Shown here one piece after another: positions 16,872 through 25,707 of a stretch of 64,000 nucleotides of DNA. The stretch comes from Lachnospiraceae bacterium (lineage in GTDB: Bacteria > Bacillota > Clostridia > Lachnospirales > Lachnospiraceae), in the NCBI GenBank assembly GCA_017624835.1, contig JAGAMG010000046.1:45152-109151 (forward strand), read 5' to 3'. Made by a program: the position numbers and the translations under genes. A model generated the notes under the pieces. That model was not told where the DNA came from. It ran no database searches and saw only the letters and a list, made by a program, of their open reading frames with translations. Position 1 is the first letter of the stretch, and every line of letters begins with the position of its first letter.

Positions 16872-18841
16872 CTACCTTTTTTGCGATATAAAGTAAATAG
16901 CACAACAGTAAGTGTCAGGGTAACAAATGCCACCACAATTACCGGCCATGGAAAATGTGTTTCATCGGATTCGTTATCGCCGGTCGTGGTGTTGTCAGTC
17001 GTGGTGTTGTCAATGTCGGGCAACAGCTCTATGCCGATATGCTCCTGTATGGAAAAGGTACCGGTCTGATGCAGGGTAAAGGTAACCAATCCTTGTGTCT
17101 CTGACAGGATGCCCTGTGTCACCTCATTTCCCTTACTATCAATAAGGATAAGGTGGGCAGAAGTATCCCTTGGAATATAGGGAAGAGTTACCTGCATAGG
17201 CGCTAAGTCTGTTACAGACACACCGTTTCTGCGAATATCTAATGAAAAGCCGTTAGAACCGGCAGGTTTTAGCGTGACCAGAAGCTGTTCCTCTTCCTTT
17301 AATTCCAGTTCCATTACCGTGTCGGCGGGCAGACTAAGCATGATTTCCTGATTAGAAAAGCGGGCATATCCTGTGTTTTCCACCATTTGTAAGACTTCTG
17401 AACCCAGTAAATAAGGCTCTGGATGTAAGGAAGGAGGTGGCGGTGTGGCGGTTGCAATGGGAGCGATGGTAGGAGGCGCCGTAGGAGTAAGCGAGGGCTC
17501 GGGCGAGGGCGCCACAGTAGGAGTAAGCGAGGGCTCGGGCGAGGGCGCCACAGTAGGAGTAGCCGTGGGCTCGGGCTCGGGCGCCACAGTAGGAGTAAGC
17601 GAGGGCTCGGGCGTAGGTATCACCGTAGGTGCAGCAGTGGGCTCCGCCGTAGGTTCCGTCGAGGGTGCAGCCGTTGGCGCTACAGTAGGAGCAGGTGTGG
17701 GCGTAGGCGCCACAATGGGCGGTTGCCCATCGGTGTCGCCCCCATCCCTGTCCCCATCTACATAGTCTTTAAATTGAAAAACACCTTCATCATAATCAAA
17801 GGAAGCGATTCCGGTCTGCCCGCCTTCGTAGCTCACTTGCAGCCTGTAGGAGCTGCCCTCTGTGAGAAAATAGGTATCCAGAGACAAGTCTCCTTCCGTA
17901 AGGTAGACCTCATCATATAGGCTAAGCTTACGCCATTCTCCGTCATTCTCTGACAGCAGGACTATCATGCTGTCCAAATCCATATCCTTAGCAATCCAGG
18001 GGAAATACAAAAACCAGACGGAGGGCTGCATACAGTCCAGTCGGGGCTCCCCTGAAGCCTGTACGGAAATCCGGAGGGTAAAGGTGGGTACCGTAAGTGC
18101 CTCCGGGAAGGTACAGTGGAGAGGAGGTAAGAAGGTACCTGTAATCTCATATAAGCCCGGTGTATCCGCATCTACCAAAGAGGTATCTAAAGATAAGGGG
18201 CATTCATATTCGTGACCGTTGGCATCCTCACATACCCAGGTAGTGCGAAGCCGGTCGGTGACTTCCGATATATCATGATACTGCTCCAGGGCATAGGAGG
18301 AATAAAACAAAAAATCCTCATCAAGCTCCCGGATGGAGGTGATTTCAACGGGGGTATCCGGTACATAAACCGTCACCGGCAGAGTAAGCGTGGAAGGAAC
18401 CCCATCACCGAAAACGGTTTGAGCGTTCGGAAGCTGAATGCGACCGATTTCCGTGTAAGAGCCGGGAGTAGTAGTATCCACCCGAAAGACATCATTGCCG
18501 AAGCAGTCCCAAAGAACTCTCAGGGCAATGGTTTCCGCAGAGCCGTCCGGGTGTTGTACATAAGCATTAATGCGATAAAGGGGGTAGACATGGTTTACCA
18601 GATCATTGATATCATGGGGGGAGGTGCGCTGTACCATGCGAAATTCAGGTAAATGAGTCAGGTACTCCATATTTTCAAAGCCTGTAATCACGGAATACTC
18701 TGACGTCTGGTCGCCATCGGATACAGTAGCCGTAAGGGGTGTGGAAATACCGGCAGAAGATAGCTGCAGCATCTGAGCGTGTAGGGATAATGCCGGGCGG
18801 AAAAGCAACAGGCATATCATTAGTATACAGAAATGTTTCAT
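16868..18841 (-). CDS. Secreted, C-terminally anchored protein with Ig-like repeats and Pro/Thr stalk
   Basis: Signal peptide MKHFCILMICLLLFRPALSLHA; two VDxxTPGxY repeats; DGDRDGGDTDG; PT-rich linker; C-terminal TM + RKKGR. Confidence 0.85.
   Translation of the reverse strand: MKHFCILMICLLLFRPALSLHAQMLQLSSAGISTPLTATVSDGDQTSEYSVITGFENMEYLTHLPEFRMVQRTSPHDINDLVNHVYPLYRINAYVQHPDGSAETIALRVLWDCFGNDVFRVDTTTPGSYTEIGRIQLPNAQTVFGDGVPSTLTLPVTVYVPDTPVEITSIRELDEDFLFYSSYALEQYHDISEVTDRLRTTWVCEDANGHEYECPLSLDTSLVDADTPGLYEITGTFLPPLHCTFPEALTVPTFTLRISVQASGEPRLDCMQPSVWFLYFPWIAKDMDLDSMIVLLSENDGEWRKLSLYDEVYLTEGDLSLDTYFLTEGSSYRLQVSYEGGQTGIASFDYDEGVFQFKDYVDGDRDGGDTDGQPPIVAPTPTPAPTVAPTAAPSTEPTAEPTAAPTVIPTPEPSLTPTVAPEPEPTATPTVAPSPEPSLTPTVAPSPEPSLTPTAPPTIAPIATATPPPPSLHPEPYLLGSEVLQMVENTGYARFSNQEIMLSLPADTVMELELKEEEQLLVTLKPAGSNGFSLDIRRNGVSVTDLAPMQVTLPYIPRDTSAHLILIDSKGNEVTQGILSETQGLVTFTLHQTGTFSIQEHIGIELLPDIDNTTTDNTTTGDNESDETHFPWPVIVVAFVTLTLTVVLFTLYRKKGR
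17481..17710 (-). repeat. 36-bp tandem coding repeats (Pro/Thr stalk)
   Basis: GTAGGAGTAAGCGAGGGCTCGGGCGAGGGCGCCACA at 17481 and 17517, diverged copies at 17553 and 17589. Confidence 0.85.
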
Positions 18842-19560
18842 GAATTTTCTCCCATTTTGTTAAAAATGTAATTGCGGTAAGCCTGCTGTATCTGTTTGCG
18901 GTTCCGTATGTTATAGGGAAGCGCATCCCCGTTTTTCATGGTAATCAGCTCATCACTTACGTTTGTCACATGATCCATGTTAATTAAAAGCCCCCGCAGG
19001 ATAAGCAGGAAGCGGGAGTCGGCAGACAAAACATCCGATAAGGAATGAAAGGGACCCGGAACTAGCAGGGGCTTTCCTATGGTCTGTATCATTACATTCC
19101 GCTTTTCAACCTGAAGATAAAGAATCGTCTCAGTATTCAGCTGAAGGGGCATACCGTCCAATAAAATGTCTAAATAAGGGACCTCATAGGCGGGCTTTAG
19201 CATGCAGCGCTCCATGGCTTCCGAGAAATCCCGGTCCGAAGCGGGCTTTAACAGGTAATGACAGGCGTTGACCTGATATCCCTGATAAAGAAACTCATCG
19301 GAGATGGTGAGGATAATCAGCTTACAGTCCCTATCCTTCTGCCGCAGGATTAAGGCAGCCTCCATTCCGGTCATATCTGCCAGATACATGTCCATAAACA
19401 CAATCTGAAAAGTGATGGTGTCTAATGCAGCCACAAAATCCTCTGCCTGCTTATAGGTATATAATTGATAATTCAGGTGGCGGGAACTCATATATTTCTC
19501 CAATCGCCCGGCCAACCACTCACAGTCCTTTTCTAAGTCTTCAACAATTGCTATATTCAT
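18838..19560 (-). CDS. LytTR-family response regulator
   Basis: REC domain (IVED, FMD, YLLKP) plus LytTR-like C-terminus (RFLLILRGLLINMDHV). Confidence 0.9.
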   Translation of the reverse strand: MNIAIVEDLEKDCEWLAGRLEKYMSSRHLNYQLYTYKQAEDFVAALDTITFQIVFMDMYLADMTGMEAALILRQKDRDCKLIILTISDEFLYQGYQVNACHYLLKPASDRDFSEAMERCMLKPAYEVPYLDILLDGMPLQLNTETILYLQVEKRNVMIQTIGKPLLVPGPFHSLSDVLSADSRFLLILRGLLINMDHVTNVSDELITMKNGDALPYNIRNRKQIQQAYRNYIFNKMGENS

Positions 19561-19646
19561 GAGAATCTCCCTTATGTATCAGTAAACACAATATATCCAT
19601 AGTGTAACATAGATTTGAAGCTTTTGGGAGCAAAATTTATGGTCAG

Positions 19647-19719
19647 ACTTGCGACTTATGTCGAAAACTTGCGTCTTATGCAAAACGGATTGTAAAAAGA
19701 TACCGGAATTTGCGATAAT
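19647..19719 (+). promoter_or_regulatory. Direct-repeat operator (probable LytTR site) and promoter of the large surface protein gene
   Basis: ACTTGCGACTTATG (19647-19660) and ACTTGCGTCTTATG (19667-19680), upstream of TTGTAA (19690-19695) and TGcGATAAT (19711-19719). Confidence 0.65.
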
Positions 19720-19788
19720 CAAGGGTGGGAAAAAAGTATAAACAGGAGGGCTATATCAATTAAAATTGATTTAAAAGAACAAGAGAGA

Positions 19789-22700
19789 ATGAGTATGAAA
19801 GTAAAGAAATGGAAAATGAAGAAGAGGCTGGCAATGCTGATGTCGGCAGTTATGTTTGCCGGTATGCTGTCAGTGATGCCGGGCAGTGAAATGGTGGTAC
19901 AGGCAGTCAGTATGGATTTTCAGGTATATGCAACAGAGAGCAATACAGCGGAAAATCAAGTCGTAGCAGAAAATCAGGAGGCAACGGTCAGCCCCGGCGA
20001 TGGGGAGAGCAATGAGATTATGATGACGTCATTGTTGGCTGAAGAGATACACACCTTTGCTCCCGGTGAAACGAAGGAAATCGATGGCAGAGATTATACG
20101 GCCGGCGCTGACGGCGCAAGGGTTGCTGAGGCATATGACGATGAGCTTTATCTGGGGTATTTTGTGTCGGTATTGGAAGGTGAAGTCGAGACCTGGCTGA
20201 ATGATTCGGAAAGCTTATATATAGCATATCCTGACGGAGAAGGCGGTTATACCAATTTAGAAAAGCTTACAATCGTCGCGGATGGCGCTCGCGGCGTTGT
20301 ATTGGGTGAAGAGGGAAATTGCATCAGCATTAAGGCGGATGATGTGCTTACGCGGGAGGAAGTGTATGGCCATGAAGAAACGGTAGTGGGAAAATATGAG
20401 TATTTTCCCGAGCAAGACATGGAATCCTCTGTGGGACTTATTTTCAGGGAAGGAAAGGTGACGATCGATCCCGACTCTTTATTGGGCGGTTATTTGAGAG
20501 TGACTGCTCCGGAAGGTACCACTGATGTCTTGGAAGGCATTGATTGGGACGATTGGGACGATGGGGACGGCTACGACACAGCCTGCTTTGGTGTTGAAGG
20601 AGATATGATACTGAAGGAGGGCACTATTGTCCTGCGCAGTGACAATTCTCCGACTATCAGAATGAAAGCTGTAGCGACGTATGGTATTACAGTATCCGGT
20701 AATGATATGGGTGTGAATGCCCTCATACAAAAGGATGATTCGCTTGCTGCCGGTTTGGTGGATGGAACTGCCCTGATCAGTATGGGCCCTGCGGGAGAAG
20801 ATTCCTTTGCCATGTATGGAGATCCGGGCGATCCACTTCTCGTTATGAGCGACGGAACCGTTCAACCTGCCAGCCAGTTTTCTTATGATGAAAACGGTAT
20901 TTATGTAGCCTACGGTGTGTTTGAGCATGTAAGCGGCAATCCGGAGATTACGCTGTATATAGAGAATGATAGCACACCTGCCGTTACCATAGGAAATAAT
21001 ACGGAATTTGTAGCCTATAACATTCAAAATAGAGGATATATTATGGGCTCCGGTACGTTAACCTGTGATGAGGGTATCAGTACCTATGTTATAGACGGGG
21101 AAGCATATAAGGTCACCGAGGTTACGATGACAGGCTATGCAGCCTTTACGGAAGAGGACGGTGTACTGGTTGCTGCCGATAAATCCGTAGTTTCGGTTGT
21201 ATCTAAGGATGACGGGGAGAAGACCTGTACTGTTAAGGTAGAGCCCGACCCCAATCCCTACGTCATTTATGTGGGCGGCGTAGGTATGAGAAACGGAGAG
21301 TATCTTGCAAACGGCGCAACAAGCAGCAGTAGCAGCAAGCCTGCAAGTGGCGGATATGCTTATATCAAGGACAATACATTGACCCTGAACAACTATAGCT
21401 ATGAGGGTCCGGGATATTTGTATGAGCCTTTTTATGATGAGGAGGAGGGTGCATATTATAATTATACTGCGGCACTTTACTCCGACTATGAAGCTGTATT
21501 GAATGTGATTTTGGAGGGTGAGAACAGCCTTGCCAATACGGATTCTTTGGAGAACAATTGTTTAGGCGACGGTATGGCTGCGAAAGGCGGCTTGAACATT
21601 GGCGGCAATGGTTCTTTGACAATTGATTCCTCAGAAGACGGTATCTTTACAGACAATGAGGGCGTGACTGTTGGCGGAGCGTGCGTGCTGGAAATTTCCT
21701 GTGGAGATGACGGTATTTCCACCTTCGGTGATATAACTATCGGTGGAAGCGGTAAGATATATATTGAGGCTGATAGTGACGGTATCTATTCTTCTGAGGA
21801 GGGTAATATAACTATCGGCGGAAACAGTGATGTATATGTTTTGGCCGGCAGCGATGGTATTGAAACCTACGGCAGCATATTCATCAGCGGTGGCTGTACG
21901 CTTAAAATATATGCCGATGATGATGGTATCGCCGGTGGAGTGCAGATTACAGATTCCACGGTAACAATAGATGCCTATGGTGACGGTATTGATGCCTACG
22001 ACGAGGATATAATCATCACAAACAGTGAGTTGATTATCCGCAACGCAGAATCCGGTTTTGAGAACACCGAGGGAGATATTATCATAGACAATAGCACGGT
22101 AGATATTCTGGATGTATACGGTGGTATTGATTGCAATAATACCGGTGTAACCATCAAAGGAAACAGTACACTGGAGATATGTGACGCACAATATGGTGTT
22201 TATGCTAACAAAGTAGCAATCTCAGACAGTACCGTTCTGGTTACAACCGATGACCGGGCGTTTGTGGTTTACGACAGCTTTGATATTGCTGCCGGATTAT
22301 CCGTTATGTTGCCTGACGGTGGCGTATGCGGACTATATGAAGAGGTGGAACCTGCGTTTCAAACGATTATGTATGAGGACGGCTCTCCGGCCGCCTCTGT
22401 GCTAATCGCTGCGGAATGTGATCATGAATACAGTGATTATTATGTCTATAATGAAACACATCATTGGAAGACATGTACCAAGGATTGTATCCTTACACGG
22501 TATCCCGAAGCATTAGCAGAGGAATATGCGGAGCATGACTTTGATGATGCAACCGGTAAGTGTATCTGTGGTTATGAAGCGGACCGCGACAATGACCTGT
22601 ATGTGGGCGGTGTCGGAATGATCACGGGCGAATATCTTTCCAATGAAGGATTTATCTGCACTGTAAAACCTTCCGGCGGATATGCCTATTACAAAGACGG

Positions 22701-24360
22701 TACGTTGACGTTGAATAACTATGCATACAGTGGCGCAGGCTATGTGTACGATGCAGATGACGAATATATGTCTGCACTGTATAGCGAAAAGGATTTGAAG
22801 ATTCAGCTGGAAGGAACGAACAGTCTGAAGAATACATCGGAGAATTGTGATGGTATTACCGTATATAATGCGGAGCTGACATTGGATGGCGACGGTACTA
22901 TGGAGATAGATGCCGGTTATGGTATTTTTACCTGTGGTGGAACAGACCGGTTAATCATCAACGGCGGTACATGGAATATTACATCCGAACAGATGGCTAT
23001 TACTACAGACGGCAGTGTTGTGATGACAGGCGGTACGGTTTCGGCTGATTCCCGATGGTTGGGAATATTTGTTTTTGAAAAGGACTTCCTTATCAGTGGC
23101 GGAAGTTTAACAGTGAATGGTGATGAAGTGGCTGTCCAGGCGGCAAAAGGTATTACCATTGGAGAAGGATTGAAGCTGCTTGACCCTGCAGACGGTAAAA
23201 TCATTTACGACAAAACGGAGGGAGATTCTCCCGTTTATGTTATTTATGAAGCTGATGGTACAACAAAGGCAACTCATGTTGAAATCGGAAAAGCGTCGGT
23301 AGAAGAGACACCGGAAGAGGGAGATAAGGAAGACACTCCCGGTTCTGAGGGGGATAAGGAAGATGTTCCTTCTGAGGGTGGCGAGGGTGAAGCAATGCCT
23401 GAGCCGGATGACGAGGATGAGGATGACGAGGAAGAGGACGATGCAGATTCTGACGACAGCTCCGATTCCGAGGAAAACGTAAATACTCCGACATCACCGG
23501 TTATCACCCCTGCTGCACCGGCACCTGCGCCTGCGCAAAAGGAACAGCAGCCTGCAGGCAATGAACCCCAGCAGCCGGCTACCGGTACACAGCAGCCCGC
23601 TACAGGTACCCAGGTCGGAAGCGATACCAAGGTAACGGAAACGGCGGAAGAAATGCCCTTTATCAAGGGTGCGGAAGACAAGGAAGGCTGGGAAGTAATC
23701 AGCGGTGAAATTGAGAAAACCCAGGGCGGTGCCCTGATTACCGTGGATATGAACGGTGCAACCGTTGTTCCGGGCAATGTATTTGATGATATCAAGGGCA
23801 AGGACGTGACGGTAGTATTTGACCTGGGTAACGGCATCAGCTGGAGCGTAAACGGAATGGATATCACAGCCGGCAGCGTGAAGGATATTGACCTGGAGGT
23901 GAAGGTCGGAGCCGATGCCAATAACACCATTCCTGTAGAAATCATCAACAACGTATCCGGAGAGCGGGAATGTGTGAACGTTAGCCTTTCCTACAACGGT
24001 GAGTTTGGATTTAAGGCAACCCTGACATTGAAGGTGGATGCCGGGAATGCGGGACTTTTTGCAAATCTGTTCTACTTTAATGAGCAGACCAAGGAGATGG
24101 AATTCATCTGTGCGGATGAAATCGCTGCGGACGGAACGGTAGAGCTGGTATTTACACATGCTTCCGAGTATGCAATCGTAATCGATACGGTGTCCATGGA
24201 GGCTGTAGCAGGTGCGGATATTTCTGATGTGGTAAGCCCGGCAGAGGCTGATTCTGCGACGGACGGTAGCTTGTGGTGGATTGTTTTAGTTCTTGCAGCA
24301 GTGGTGATTGCAGGCACAGTAGTATATGTTGTTTATTCAAAGAATAGAGAGAGCAAATAA
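19789..24360 (+). CDS. Large acidic cell-surface protein with parallel beta-helix-type (Cthe_2159/DUF4353-like) repeats
   Basis: Signal peptide; many (D)DGI...I.I.G repeats; duplicated YVGGVGM..GEYL.N...GGYAY.KD.TLTLNNY module; Cys/His module; acidic and PQ-rich linker; C-terminal TM + basic tail. Confidence 0.82.
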   Translation: MSMKVKKWKMKKRLAMLMSAVMFAGMLSVMPGSEMVVQAVSMDFQVYATESNTAENQVVAENQEATVSPGDGESNEIMMTSLLAEEIHTFAPGETKEIDGRDYTAGADGARVAEAYDDELYLGYFVSVLEGEVETWLNDSESLYIAYPDGEGGYTNLEKLTIVADGARGVVLGEEGNCISIKADDVLTREEVYGHEETVVGKYEYFPEQDMESSVGLIFREGKVTIDPDSLLGGYLRVTAPEGTTDVLEGIDWDDWDDGDGYDTACFGVEGDMILKEGTIVLRSDNSPTIRMKAVATYGITVSGNDMGVNALIQKDDSLAAGLVDGTALISMGPAGEDSFAMYGDPGDPLLVMSDGTVQPASQFSYDENGIYVAYGVFEHVSGNPEITLYIENDSTPAVTIGNNTEFVAYNIQNRGYIMGSGTLTCDEGISTYVIDGEAYKVTEVTMTGYAAFTEEDGVLVAADKSVVSVVSKDDGEKTCTVKVEPDPNPYVIYVGGVGMRNGEYLANGATSSSSSKPASGGYAYIKDNTLTLNNYSYEGPGYLYEPFYDEEEGAYYNYTAALYSDYEAVLNVILEGENSLANTDSLENNCLGDGMAAKGGLNIGGNGSLTIDSSEDGIFTDNEGVTVGGACVLEISCGDDGISTFGDITIGGSGKIYIEADSDGIYSSEEGNITIGGNSDVYVLAGSDGIETYGSIFISGGCTLKIYADDDGIAGGVQITDSTVTIDAYGDGIDAYDEDIIITNSELIIRNAESGFENTEGDIIIDNSTVDILDVYGGIDCNNTGVTIKGNSTLEICDAQYGVYANKVAISDSTVLVTTDDRAFVVYDSFDIAAGLSVMLPDGGVCGLYEEVEPAFQTIMYEDGSPAASVLIAAECDHEYSDYYVYNETHHWKTCTKDCILTRYPEALAEEYAEHDFDDATGKCICGYEADRDNDLYVGGVGMITGEYLSNEGFICTVKPSGGYAYYKDGTLTLNNYAYSGAGYVYDADDEYMSALYSEKDLKIQLEGTNSLKNTSENCDGITVYNAELTLDGDGTMEIDAGYGIFTCGGTDRLIINGGTWNITSEQMAITTDGSVVMTGGTVSADSRWLGIFVFEKDFLISGGSLTVNGDEVAVQAAKGITIGEGLKLLDPADGKIIYDKTEGDSPVYVIYEADGTTKATHVEIGKASVEETPEEGDKEDTPGSEGDKEDVPSEGGEGEAMPEPDDEDEDDEEEDDADSDDSSDSEENVNTPTSPVITPAAPAPAPAQKEQQPAGNEPQQPATGTQQPATGTQVGSDTKVTETAEEMPFIKGAEDKEGWEVISGEIEKTQGGALITVDMNGATVVPGNVFDDIKGKDVTVVFDLGNGISWSVNGMDITAGSVKDIDLEVKVGADANNTIPVEIINNVSGERECVNVSLSYNGEFGFKATLTLKVDAGNAGLFANLFYFNEQTKEMEFICADEIAADGTVELVFTHASEYAIVIDTVSMEAVAGADISDVVSPAEADSATDGSLWWIVLVLAAVVIAGTVVYVVYSKNRESK

Positions 24361-24366
24361 GTATTT

Positions 24367-24391
24367 GGCCGACCGGTTATTCCGGTCGGTC
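24367..24391 (+). terminator. Hairpin after surface protein gene
   Basis: GGCCGACCGG-TTATT-CCGGTCGGTC; weak T-tail. Confidence 0.55.
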
Positions 24392-24521
24392 TATGACGTT
24401 TCCACCTGTCACAAAGGGATGTTGGGAAACTAGGAACATTAAAGTTAAAGCCTATCTATATGCTATAAATAATTTATAGAGTGGGCACGCAAAGAAGATA
24501 GTGAAAGAGTTGATAAAATAC

Positions 24522-24550
24522 TTGAGAAAGTATATGAGTAATGCTATACT
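24522..24550 (+). promoter_or_regulatory. Sigma-A promoter of the MoxR operon leader
   Basis: TTGAGA-N17-TATACT with extended TG. Confidence 0.7.
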
Positions 24551-24556
24551 TAAGGC

Positions 24557-24658
24557 AATTCAAAACGCCAGACGCTAAGACGCAGAGCCAAAGAATTTAA
24601 TGTCATAATTATATGAGAATAGTTGTGGCGTTGGATTCTATTGGTGCTGCGTTTTTTG
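24557..24658 (+). promoter_or_regulatory. Attenuator-like leader RNA
   Basis: Long G-U-rich hairpin 24577-24655 ending in a T-run; alternative pairing AACGCCA (24564-24570)/TGGCGTT (24626-24632). Confidence 0.6.
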
Positions 24659-24743
24659 TATTTTTAATTGCCTGGATATATAGGAACGAAGGTTTAGAAA
24701 ATTGGGAATAGGAACAAGCAGTATGGAATTGGAGGAGAAGGAT

Positions 24744-25685
24744 ATGCAGGAAAACAAAGAAATCAGCTTGGTGGAGCAGATAAGGGAAGCGATTAACAGT
24801 GTATTTGTAGGAAAAGAAGAGGTAGTAGAAGACCTTTTGGTATGTCTTTTGGCAGGAGGGCATGTACTTTTGGAGGATGTACCCGGTGTAGGGAAGACTA
24901 CGTTAGCCAGAGTCTTGGCAGATTGCATTGGCTGCAGTATGGGCAGAATCCAATTTACACCGGATACCTTGCCGGGAGATATTGTGGGTATGTCTGTTTA
25001 CAATATGAAAACAGGAGAGTTTGAGCATCGTGACGGTGTGGTAATGAATCAGGTATTATTGGCAGATGAAATCAATCGTACCTCTCCTAAGACTCAGGCT
25101 AGTCTTTTGGAAGCTATGGCAGAGGGGCAGGTTACCGTGGATGGTGTTTCCTATAAATTACCCAAGCCATTCTTGGTAATTGCTACTCAGAATCCGGTGG
25201 AGTTTTTGGGAACCTATCCTTTGCCGGAGGCACAAATGGATCGTTTTATGATGCGGTTGTCCATTGGCTATCCTGACAGAGAACAGGAGGTTAAGCTGGC
25301 TGCCAAATTCCTTGCGGGAGAAACCCCTGACACTGTGAAAAAGGTATGCATTTCGGAGCAGATTGTAGCCCTGCAAAAGGATGTGACCAAGGTGAAAGTA
25401 AATGATATGGTTTTAGGTTACATAGAAGATTTGATAGAACTGACTCGAAAAGAAACAAGATTTTTACTGGGAGCAAGTCCCAGAGCCATGCTGGCACTGA
25501 TACGAGGGGCTCAGGCAAGGGCTTTTTTGCAGGGCAGGGACTTTGTAAAGCCCGATGATGTAAAGCAGATGGCAGAGGTAATATTGCTCCATCGGCTTTC
25601 GTTAACTTCGGATGCCAAAATCAGAAAGGAAAATCCGGCGGCGATTTTAAAGAGTCTTGTCATAAAGGCAAAGGTGCCGGTGTAG
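24744..25685 (+). CDS. MoxR-family AAA+ ATPase
   Basis: LLEDVPGVGKT, RIQFTPDTLPGD, LADEINR, ATQNP, PEAQMDRF, SPRA. Confidence 0.95.
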   Translation: MQENKEISLVEQIREAINSVFVGKEEVVEDLLVCLLAGGHVLLEDVPGVGKTTLARVLADCIGCSMGRIQFTPDTLPGDIVGMSVYNMKTGEFEHRDGVVMNQVLLADEINRTSPKTQASLLEAMAEGQVTVDGVSYKLPKPFLVIATQNPVEFLGTYPLPEAQMDRFMMRLSIGYPDREQEVKLAAKFLAGETPDTVKKVCISEQIVALQKDVTKVKVNDMVLGYIEDLIELTRKETRFLLGASPRAMLALIRGAQARAFLQGRDFVKPDDVKQMAEVILLHRLSLTSDAKIRKENPAAILKSLVIKAKVPV

Positions 25686-25707
25686 AAGAGGAAGCAGGAG
25701 GAATAGG

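Noticed and set aside
17445-17765. Gly/Val-rich ORF on the + strand
   Set aside because: Antisense reading of the Pro/Thr repeat.
14886-19560. Agr quorum-sensing locus
   Set aside because: Kinase and regulator types fit, but no AgrB or cyclic-peptide precursor was seen.
23274-24159. Long antisense ORFs (225 and 221 aa) in the surface protein gene
   Set aside because: Arise from biased codon use of the acidic sense protein; poly-Ser mirrors poly-Asp/Glu.
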